Shown here piece by piece: positions 1 to 6,885 of a stretch of 64,000 nt of DNA. The DNA is from an uncultured Gemmatimonadales bacterium (lineage in GTDB: Bacteria; Gemmatimonadota; Gemmatimonadetes; Longimicrobiales; RSA9): assembly GCA_963798085.1 (NCBI GenBank), contig CAWCRS010000002.1, positions 1 to 64,000 of the forward strand, given 5' to 3'. Position numbers and translations under genes: made by a program. Position 1 is the first letter of the stretch; every line of letters starts with the position of its first letter. The notes under the pieces were generated by a model. It did no database searches, was not told the origin of the DNA, and saw only the letters and a program-made list of their open reading frames with translations.

Positions 1-51
1 ACATCTGAGGTAGTCCGTCAAGGGTTTGGGTAGAAGTTATTGGCAAGAGTT

Positions 52-1338
52 TCACGCAGCTTTGGGTAATTGGAGGTCGAGTTTGCGGGCCAGGTATGAG
101 CCTCGGCGTTTGAGGCTGTTGAAGTAGGTGGTTTCGTCGTAGGGGACGCGGTCACGCCAGCAGACAAACATGATGCGTTGCCATTTGAAGGCGAGGGCGC
201 GCACGGCGCTGGGATAAGTTTTACCTCGCGCGATCTGCTCCTTGAGATAGAGCTTGGCCCATTGGCAATGGAGGACTGATTGGAGGGCGTATTCGAAGAA
301 GCTCTGGTGGACGAAGTGAGGCCGGGCCCAACGGCGATGGATCCAATGCTGGTTTTTGCCGCTCTTCTCCTGCACGGGAGCTATCCCGCTATACTGTTGG
401 ATGGCCAGGGCGTTGTGGTAGCGGGAGCGTTCACTCCCAAAAGCACAGGCCAGGCGCGGCGCCAGAGTAGGACCGGCTCCGGGGAAGCTCTTCCAAATGG
501 AAGCATCCTGATGTTGGGCAAAGAGGTGCTCGATCTTCGAGTCGTACTCTTTGAGCGCGACCCCGAGTTGGAGTAATTGATGTGCCAGCATTTTAACCTG
601 GACAAGGGCTGGTTGGATTAAGGCCGCATCGCGGCAGAGTGGGATCATTCCCGCGATGGTCTGGAGGCGTTTTTCAATCACATCCATGCGCCGGCAGTTG
701 TGGGCGTAGTAAAACTTGCGCACACTTTCCTGACGCGCTTTTTGCAGCTCCTGGAGCGAAGGCCACTTGAGCAGGAACTGGCAGCCCAACGGGGCAAAGA
801 GATCCTGGCCGGCCAGTTCCAATGCCTGAGGATAATAACTCTTGAGTGCGTCGCGCAGCATATTGGTAAGAAGAGTGCGCAGGTCAATTGTGCTGCGGCG
901 CGCTTCCAGCAAACGCAACAGCTCCCGGGTCGCTCCATCATTGGCCAGCCAGGGAGTGAGTTTCTCCCGATGATGCAAAACCAATTCCAGGCACACTTGC
1001 GCGTCAGCGGGATCATCCTTGGCCCGGCTGGTTTTAAAAGCCTGGCGATACCGCGCGGCCGTGGCCGGGTTGATCGGATAAAGGACAAAGAAGGGATACT
1101 CCAGGAGCGCGTAAATGAGGGGGCCGCGTGCCTGCTCCAGACAGAGAGCGATTTTCTTTCCCCCGAAACGTTGCTCTAGTCCCTGGGCCCATTGGGCAAT
1201 GGCCTCAGGCGTGTGCTTGAGCGTGGAATTTTCTCTCTTTCCCGTGGCGCAATCATAGAGACAAAGGGCGTGCTCCTGACTCGCCCAATCGATGCCGATC
1301 AAAGCGCCAAATTGGTTCCTGCTGGTGATCGTGTTCAT
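52..1338 (-). CDS. IS110-family DEDD recombinase/transposase
   Basis: N-terminal IGIDWASQEH, CLEQ and KDDPADA (RuvC-like DEDD); C-terminal FPGAGPTLA...YSGIAPVQEKSGK (Tnp domain with conserved Ser). Start at 1338 (MNTITS) preferred over 1428, which overlaps the RNA stem. Confidence 0.93.
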   Translation of the reverse strand: MNTITSRNQFGALIGIDWASQEHALCLYDCATGKRENSTLKHTPEAIAQWAQGLEQRFGGKKIALCLEQARGPLIYALLEYPFFVLYPINPATAARYRQAFKTSRAKDDPADAQVCLELVLHHREKLTPWLANDGATRELLRLLEARRSTIDLRTLLTNMLRDALKSYYPQALELAGQDLFAPLGCQFLLKWPSLQELQKARQESVRKFYYAHNCRRMDVIEKRLQTIAGMIPLCRDAALIQPALVQVKMLAHQLLQLGVALKEYDSKIEHLFAQHQDASIWKSFPGAGPTLAPRLACAFGSERSRYHNALAIQQYSGIAPVQEKSGKNQHWIHRRWARPHFVHQSFFEYALQSVLHCQWAKLYLKEQIARGKTYPSAVRALAFKWQRIMFVCWRDRVPYDETTYFNSLKRRGSYLARKLDLQLPKAA

Positions 1339-1420
1339 AAGTTTATTTTTTTGTGTGTGGTGTCGATGTGATGGTTGATGGTTTCTCTTTCTTTTTGCTG
1401 GGGAGGGGCGAACACGCTTG

Positions 1421-1575
1421 GCTTTCATTCGGCGAAGGCATTATTGTCTGAGATCTCGAATGGATTCTTCATCTGAGGATTCGTTACGAATGAAAGCACG
1501 CCCGGCACCACTCGAAAGTATGGTTAAAATCGTCGAGCGATCGGCGATGCACATTCGTAGTGGGCCGGTGCGTGC
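1421..1575 (-). ncRNA. Putative bridge RNA core: target-binding loop (1496-1575) and donor-binding loop (1421-1497)
   Basis: Stem 1421-1431/1487-1497 encloses ATTATTG (1440-1446) and CATCTGAGG (1470-1478), matching the IS ends. Stem 1496-1516/1554-1575 encloses ATGGTTA (1520-1526) and GGCGATG (1543-1549), matching the attC flanks. Transcript ends unknown. Confidence 0.85.
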
Positions 1576-1722
1576 CCTCTTTCCCAAGTCTAATTGAACA
1601 AGCTCTTGGCCAACCTTATCAACCATGATCATTCCCACCGCGGCAGAGTTATTCACACCCTCGCTCCGCCACCTCTTGAGACCCGCCTCGCTCGGCCATG
1701 AATAACTGTTGGATGACCAATA

Positions 1723-1822
1723 ATGCGATGGAGCCAACCGCGAACCGGCCTTATGCCCAGATTTTTCCGCTCATGAACGCCACTCGTACTTCACGCGGTG
1801 GCTCATCTTGTTCTCGTTAGAT
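1723..1822 (+). other. attC site 1 (R'' end cut off by IS110 copy 1)
   Basis: ATGCGATGGAGCCAACCGCG...CGCGGTGGCTCATCTTGTTCTCGTTAGAT; R' at 1816-1822. Confidence 0.88.
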
Positions 1823-2273
1823 GCCATCTGCGTTCCGAGCGGCCTTCCTGTCATTGTTCACCCTCACAGCGATTGCGAGTGAGCCCACTCAGCTAGAGAT
1901 TGCCTGGGTGTGCGACGTTCACATGGATCGCGGACGTGGCTTTGCGACCGGAACAATCGGTCTCCGCGTCAATTCACAAGTTACCGTCATCACCGACCGG
2001 CCGCTCAACGAGTGCTATGTCATTCCAAGAGATCGATATCAGCTATTCGGTATTCCATCAGATGCCATCACCGCGTGCCACCACGGGTTTGGACCTTCTT
2101 CGGAGGAGCTTTATGTTCTGCATCGCGCAGGCCAGCTCCTCGTTTATGAAAGCGAGAGTCCGATGAGCGCCGCCCAGAAAAACCGAAGATTATTAAGCGT
2201 ATCACATATCGCGCCGCGGGCATCTAACCATGCGATCGAGCGAACGGCGGACCGCTGTGCGCGCCACTTTTGA
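1821..2273 (+). CDS. Cassette 1: hypothetical secreted protein (ORF runs into attC)
   Basis: ATG directly after R'; signal-peptide-like N-terminus. Confidence 0.6.
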   Translation: MPSAFRAAFLSLFTLTAIASEPTQLEIAWVCDVHMDRGRGFATGTIGLRVNSQVTVITDRPLNECYVIPRDRYQLFGIPSDAITACHHGFGPSSEELYVLHRAGQLLVYESESPMSAAQKNRRLLSVSHIAPRASNHAIERTADRCARHF

Positions 2274-2345
2274 GATGACTTCCACACTCCCACTCCGAGC
2301 GACGCGCGGTCTCGTCCGCCGTCGCTCATCTTGTTCTCGTTAGGT
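2222..2345 (+). other. attC site 2
   Basis: ATCTAAC (2222-2228) ... GTTAGGT (2339-2345); internal GAGCGAACGGCGGAC / GTCCGCCGTCGCTC arms. Confidence 0.93.
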
Positions 2346-2347
2346 CC

Positions 2348-2704
2348 ATGGAAGCACTGGTCGCTGTTGTGATTTTCGCCGTCAGCCAAGTGTGCACAAA
2401 CGCCGCTACTTCAGACACAATCACGTTGAAGGAGGCCGTCCGTGATCATTTGCTACTGTTTCACCCCCGTCCGGATTATCCAGATGAGGCGCGTCGTCGA
2501 GGTATTGTCGGCATGGCGGACTTCGAGCTAACCTTTGATTATGAGACCGGCCATCTTCGCGAGGTCCACCTCGCAAAAAGCAGCGGTTCACCTCTGTTGG
2601 ACGCCGCAGCCATTGCTGCCCTGAAACAGTGGAAGGCCAAACCTCGCTCGATTCACCGCCTCCTGGTGCCGCTGGGCTTTGCCACACGCGAGCATTGGCC
2701 TTAA
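2348..2704 (+). CDS. Cassette 2: TonB C-terminal domain protein
   Basis: PRPDYPDEARRRGIVG...KSSGSPLLDAAAIAALKQWK motif. Confidence 0.85.
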   Translation: MEALVAVVIFAVSQVCTNAATSDTITLKEAVRDHLLLFHPRPDYPDEARRRGIVGMADFELTFDYETGHLREVHLAKSSGSPLLDAAAIAALKQWKAKPRSIHRLLVPLGFATREHWP

Positions 2705-2711
2705 GGATCAG

Positions 2712-2842
2712 ACCTAACCAGGCGATGGAGCCAACCCGCCTGAGGCGGGCCGGCGTACGCTCAAGTTTTCCATGACTCCAAGCTCACATCCCGCTGCCAC
2801 GCGCGCCCTCGCCAGTGGTGGCTCATCTTGTTCTCGTTAGAT
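2712..2842 (+). other. attC site 3
   Basis: ACCTAAC (2712-2718) ... GTTAGAT (2836-2842). Confidence 0.92.
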
Positions 2843-2843
2843 C

Positions 2844-3178
2844 GTGAGCGCACTTCGCAGGTTGGCAATCGTCTCTGTGTCTCCTTTAGCGTATTGTTAA
2901 CGCTGACGGTCATGCTATTCCTTGCCACTGAATGGGCGAATCGAAGTGCCCAATTTGCGTTCGGAGATAAGGCGCGTCGTTTGCAAATCGACGGAAAGTC
3001 GGAGGCCTATGTCTTAGAGCACTTCGGGCCGCCTAGTCACACAAACCCGTCGACAGATGGTTCGGGCCACGTGCTCGTATACGTGCCGTGCAAGTGGTCT
3101 TTCTGGCCTAGCTACTCCAAGATTGCCATAGATGATCGCACCAGCACTGTATCCTTTTGGATGATAAACTCCGACTGA
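2844..3178 (+). CDS. Cassette 3: small membrane-anchored hypothetical protein (start uncertain, possible frameshift)
   Basis: Hydrophobic segment then SEAYVLEHFGPP motif; stops just before the next attC. Confidence 0.55.
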
Positions 3179-3181
3179 GCG

Positions 3182-3304
3182 ATCTAACCAGGCGATGGAG
3201 CCAACCGCTACCCGCTGCGCGTTTACATTTTAGATGATTGAAACACTTACACTTCGATTGATGCTCGCCGCCGGTAGCGGTGGCTCATCTTGTTCTCGTT
3301 AGAT
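3182..3304 (+). other. attC site 4
   Basis: ATCTAAC (3182-3188) ... GTTAGAT (3298-3304). Confidence 0.93.
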
Positions 3305-3582
3305 CCAAACGCCCGCTGCGATGATGAGTCGTCATCCTTGTGTCGCCGCAGAGTTGCCGTTATCATGAGTCCAGCGCGTGATCTGCTTTCGATGAAGCTT
3401 TCGGATAATTTCACGATCAAACAGTTGCGAAACCGTAGCCGCTATCGCGAGATGGCACGGTTTCGATCTAACCAGACGCTGGAGCTAACCGCCACCCGTC
3501 GCGCGTTTACTTTTCAGATGGCTAAATCACTATTACTTCGAGCCGAGCGCGCCCTCGGTGGCGGTAGCTGAGCTTATTCTCG
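3299..3582 (+). other. Cassette 4: apparently gene-less cassette
   Basis: About 160 bp between R' and R''; no ORF of convincing length that ends at the attC; hairpin at 3428-3465. Confidence 0.65.
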
Positions 3583-3588
3583 TTAGGT
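3466..3588 (+). other. attC site 5
   Basis: ATCTAAC (3466-3472) ... GTTAGGT (3582-3588). Confidence 0.92.
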
Positions 3589-3591
3589 CTT

Positions 3592-4005
3592 ATGCGTCCT
3601 GGCTTCGTGTTGTTGCTTGCGATTGCCGGAATTCTCACTGGCTGCAAGGCTTTTGAGTCACACGACTTCCTCATTACGCGCGCCACCCCTGGAGACGCGG
3701 CTCGGGTGCAGGCCATTTTGCGAGACGTCGCCGCTGAAGCTGGTATACCACGCGGAAGACCAACGCCGTATGATTCGCCGACGATCGCGCTTTACAAAGA
3801 CCCGCAGGTTCAGCTTCGAGCGAGCGTTTCGCGGGGCAAGATCGGTGTTACACTCATGCGATACGATTGGCCTCCTCCCAAAGCGTTCATCCAAGCCGAT
3901 CGTCTCCTCGTGCAGGCGCTGTCTGCAAGTTTTGAGGGGCGCTTTGGCATCCTAAGCGACCGAGGGGCAGAAGCCGTCGCAGAGCGAACGATCACTGTGT
4001 ATTGA
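3592..4005 (+). CDS. Cassette 5: hypothetical lipoprotein
   Basis: Signal peptide with lipobox LTGC; ORF fills the cassette. Confidence 0.75.
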   Translation: MRPGFVLLLAIAGILTGCKAFESHDFLITRATPGDAARVQAILRDVAAEAGIPRGRPTPYDSPTIALYKDPQVQLRASVSRGKIGVTLMRYDWPPPKAFIQADRLLVQALSASFEGRFGILSDRGAEAVAERTITVY

Positions 4006-4008
4006 AGG

Positions 4009-4131
4009 ACCTAACAAATCGCTCGAGCCAACCGCTACCCGGTGATAAGTTTCACTTTCGATGATTAAAGCACTCATTCCGCATTTCGAGCTCGCCGCCG
4101 GTAGCGGTGGCTCAGCTTTGTCTCGTTAGAC
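4009..4131 (+). other. attC site 6
   Basis: ACCTAAC (4009-4015) ... GTTAGAC (4125-4131). Confidence 0.92.
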
Positions 4132-4134
4132 CTA

Positions 4135-4506
4135 GTGCGCACACGAGTGTTGCTGATTGGTTTTCTGCTTGGGTTCGCTATTGCGACGTCCGGTCAAGTG
4201 ACATCGCCAGATCTTGTGGGAAAATGGATCGGCGGCAGCCCTTCGATTCCCGTCGAGTACACTTTTCGTGCGGATCATTCTTTTCATTACTCGGGGGGCG
4301 ATGTTGTGGGAGCGGGCACTTGGAGGATTCATGGCGGAAAGAAACTAGAACTGATCTATCACTACGACACTAAGCCGATTTCCAGTTCATCGGCTAGGGA
4401 ATGGTTTTTCATTGACTCAATCGGTAAAGGTCGCATACGAGCAAGGCGCTACTCCCGACTCAATGGCCAACTCTTACCTGCCGAGGTATGGACGAAGCAA
4501 CTTTAA
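4135..4506 (+). CDS. Cassette 6: secreted hypothetical protein, lipocalin-like motifs
   Basis: Signal peptide, DLVGKW and GTWRI motifs; ORF fills the cassette. Confidence 0.7.
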   Translation: MRTRVLLIGFLLGFAIATSGQVTSPDLVGKWIGGSPSIPVEYTFRADHSFHYSGGDVVGAGTWRIHGGKKLELIYHYDTKPISSSSAREWFFIDSIGKGRIRARRYSRLNGQLLPAEVWTKQL

Positions 4507-4507
4507 G

Positions 4508-4631
4508 GTCTAACCAGGCGATGCAGCCAACCGCTAGACCGCGCGACGCCTCACTTTCCAATGACTAAAACACGTTCATTCCAGATCACGCTGGCCCTCA
4601 CTAGCGGTGGCTGATCTCGTTCTCGTTAGGT
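4508..4631 (+). other. attC site 7
   Basis: GTCTAAC (4508-4514) ... GTTAGGT (4625-4631). Confidence 0.93.
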
Positions 4632-4633
4632 CT

Positions 4634-5006
4634 ATGAGGCAGATCGTGCCGATAATCAGTGCCCTTGTTATTACCCACAGCGTCGTTGCAGGACAGCAAT
4701 CCGCGACGCCCCCGCGGTATGGGCCCAATGGGTGGGTCCCGTTGTATTGCCCGAAGCCCGAGTATCCTGAATGGGCGCGAGCCAGGCATCTGGAAGGGAG
4801 CGGAGTATTCCTTCTGCGGCTTCGGCCAAATGGCAGTGTCAAATCGGTCGAAGTCGCAGAGAGGTACAGGGCACGCCGTATTAGACCGGAGCTGTGTTCT
4901 CACATTTCGAGAGTGGCGGTTCCAACCGGGATTTGCTAAGAGTATCCCGCAAGTGAAGATCCCGATCAGATTCACTATGGATGGCGCACGCTACGGAGGG
5001 ACCTAA
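4634..5006 (+). CDS. Cassette 7: TonB C-terminal domain protein (frameshift near 4860)
   Basis: PKPEYPEWARARHLEGSG...GSVKSVEV in one frame continues as TGHAVLDRSCVLTFREWRFQP...IPIRF in another. Confidence 0.82.
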
Positions 5007-5124
5007 CCGGGCGATCCAGCGAACACCTTCCCGTGCCGCGTTTACTTTTTAACATGGCCAGTGTATCATTCATTGCAGTTCAGCCTCGCCCCGGAAGGTG
5101 TCGCTGATCTTGTTCTCGTTAGGT
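5001..5124 (+). other. attC site 8
   Basis: ACCTAAC (5001-5007) ... GTTAGGT (5118-5124). Confidence 0.92.
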
Positions 5125-5146
5125 CTGATCCTGCCGGCGCGCTCAT

Positions 5147-5908
5147 ATGGACGTCTTCATCCACAAGAATGACCAGCAGATGGGGCCATTCTCGCCTCAG
5201 GACATTCACGCGATGCTCGAGTGTGGTGAAATCACAACGCAAGATTTCGCGTGGACTGCCGGGCTGCCAGATTGGCAGCCTCTTTCCAGTTTGCTATCAG
5301 CAGAGGAGAAGCCGGCGCGGCCGTCTTCTCCTCTGCCTGCCCAAGTGCTCGCGGGCACCGCTGACCGGCTCAGCCCAGGCGGCGATGGTAACCACAAGAC
5401 ATTAAGCAAACCCTTTATCCTGCTGTCACTCGCGCTGGCGACTGGTATTTGCGTTTTGGGTGGTGGCGTTCTGCTTTACAAGACCCGATCAGATACAGCC
5501 GTTGCTGAAAAGAAGCGAGATGACGCCGCACAGAACGAGCGCTTTCGCTCAGAACTTAACGAGCTACTTGTTGAAGCTGAGCAGGTAAACCTACGCGCGA
5601 AGGAGATATTCACAAACAGAGTGTTGCAGAATCGAGCGCACGACGAAGGAGATCTTGACGAAGCAGTAAAGTATGAGCGAGAGGTAAATCGTGTTCGACC
5701 TCTTTTTGAGTCGCAGTTTCTGACGCTCAAGACGCGGTTTGAACACATGACATTCCCTCCCTCCGTAAAGGGACGTGCCGAGTTTGCGAATGCGGTAAGC
5801 AGCTGGGAACGGCTCGTAAACGAGTACAGCGGCGAAGCCGCTATTGATGCTGAGATGCACTTTGTTGAAGCTAAACGCCAATTCGAATTTTACTTCCGCT
5901 TCCACTAA
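5147..5908 (+). CDS. Cassette 8: GYF_2/DUF4339-domain single-pass membrane protein
   Basis: N-terminal QQMGPFS...GEITTQDFAWTAGLPDWQPL, then a TM helix and a helical C-terminus. Confidence 0.8.
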   Translation: MDVFIHKNDQQMGPFSPQDIHAMLECGEITTQDFAWTAGLPDWQPLSSLLSAEEKPARPSSPLPAQVLAGTADRLSPGGDGNHKTLSKPFILLSLALATGICVLGGGVLLYKTRSDTAVAEKKRDDAAQNERFRSELNELLVEAEQVNLRAKEIFTNRVLQNRAHDEGDLDEAVKYEREVNRVRPLFESQFLTLKTRFEHMTFPPSVKGRAEFANAVSSWERLVNEYSGEAAIDAEMHFVEAKRQFEFYFRFH

Positions 5909-5933
5909 GAACAGAGGAGTTGGATGGGACAAG

Positions 5934-6037
5934 ACCTAACCAATCGCTGGCCGGTTCTCCCTTTCCTTTATGAATACCCAATCATTCCAAGCCACAATCG
6001 TTCCCACCAGCGGTGGCTCAGCTCCGTCTCATTAGGT
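5934..6037 (+). other. attC site 9, degenerate
   Basis: ACCTAAC (5934-5940) ... ATTAGGT (6031-6037, G>A at crossover); left arm GAGCCAACC missing. Confidence 0.8.
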
Positions 6038-6045
6038 CCGCATTG

Positions 6046-6597
6046 ATGTCCTCGCGCGGCTCGAAAGGCATTTTCCACAATCCAGGCTACGACTTTTATC
6101 GAGCGGTTTACCTCATGGCGACCGAGTCCGATGAAGTGCCGGTGAAGCTGGTCGCTCCCTACTTTCGGCCCATTGTTGCACTTATGTGCGCCTGCGCCTG
6201 CGTTGAGGGGTATGTTCACACCTGTGCGCAGCGCAAGGATTCATCATGGCGACCGCAGATTCGCGGTCGGGAGACTATCAAGAGCCGGATGTCCCGCGCA
6301 TACTCGCTCATCGACAAACCTGTGGACTTTTCAACTCAACCGTTCAAGGACATCATGGATTTATTCTCGTGCCGACGGCGTCTTCTCCACCCCGTGCTGC
6401 AGTGGGAGTATCGGAAGCAGAAGAAACCCGTTCCGGATATTTTCGATGAAGTTGCGAAGCAGTTTCCTCTGGCGCGAGTGCTGGCTCTGGTCGAAGCGTT
6501 TCGCAAGCGCATCACAGGCGATTTTGGCCTGCGGGATACTTGGTGGATGCGCTCCACTAACACAACCATCTACGACCTCTCTGACGAACCGACCTAA
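6046..6597 (+). CDS. Cassette 9: hypothetical protein, possibly HEPN-like
   Basis: Helical protein with ACACVEGYVH and LFSCRRRLLHP (Rx4H); stop codon lies within R'' (ACCTAAC 6592-6598). Confidence 0.6.
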   Translation: MSSRGSKGIFHNPGYDFYRAVYLMATESDEVPVKLVAPYFRPIVALMCACACVEGYVHTCAQRKDSSWRPQIRGRETIKSRMSRAYSLIDKPVDFSTQPFKDIMDLFSCRRRLLHPVLQWEYRKQKKPVPDIFDEVAKQFPLARVLALVEAFRKRITGDFGLRDTWWMRSTNTTIYDLSDEPT

Positions 6598-6599
6598 CC

Positions 6600-6885
6600 A
6601 TACATCTGAGGTAGTCCGTCAAGGGTTTGGGTAGAAGTTATTGGCAAGGGTTTCACGCGGCTTTGGGTAATTGGTGGTCGAGTTTGTGGGCGAGATATGA
6701 GCCTCGGCGTTTGAGGCTGTTGAAGTAGGTTGTTTCGTCGTAGGGGACGCGGTCACGCCAGCAGACAAACATGATGCGTTGCCATTTGAAAGCGAGAGCA
6801 CGCACGGCGCTGGGATAAGTTTTACCTCGCGCGATCTGCTCCTTGAGATAAAGCTTGGCCCATTGGCAATGGAGGACTGATTGGA
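6600..6885 (-). mobile_element. IS110 copy 2, partial (3' end of transposase), inserted in attC 10
   Basis: ACCTAACC-AT-ACATCTGAGG...; near-identical to 1-284 with scattered substitutions; similarity ends abruptly at 6885. Confidence 0.93.

Larger units (their letters stand above)
1..1724 (-). mobile_element. IS110-family insertion sequence, copy 1, inserted in an attC site
   Basis: Window begins ACATCTGAGGTAGTCCGTCAAGGG, identical to the sequence after attC R'' in copy 2 (6602 on). The other end ...GACCAATAAT (1724) is followed directly by the attC remainder GCGATGGAGCCAACC. No terminal inverted repeats seen; long non-coding region 5' of the transposase. Confidence 0.93.
1723..6601 (+). mobile_element. 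Integron gene-cassette array (9 cassettes; integrase not in window)
   Basis: Related ~125-bp imperfect palindromes RYYTAAC...GTTAGRY separate short same-strand ORFs. Each cassette's leading R' 7-mer is the reverse complement of its own trailing R'' (one mismatch in cassette 9). Confidence 0.95.

Noticed and set aside
1441..1737. 98-aa ORF in the IS non-coding end, and the 1428 start of the transposase
   Set aside because: Both overlap the structured RNA region, the 98-aa ORF crosses the IS boundary, and neither has recognisable protein features.
1723..6601. Repeat array as CRISPR
   Set aside because: Repeats are ~125-bp imperfect palindromes with RYYTAAC/GTTAGRY ends, separated by gene-sized inserts; no cas genes. 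They are attC sites.
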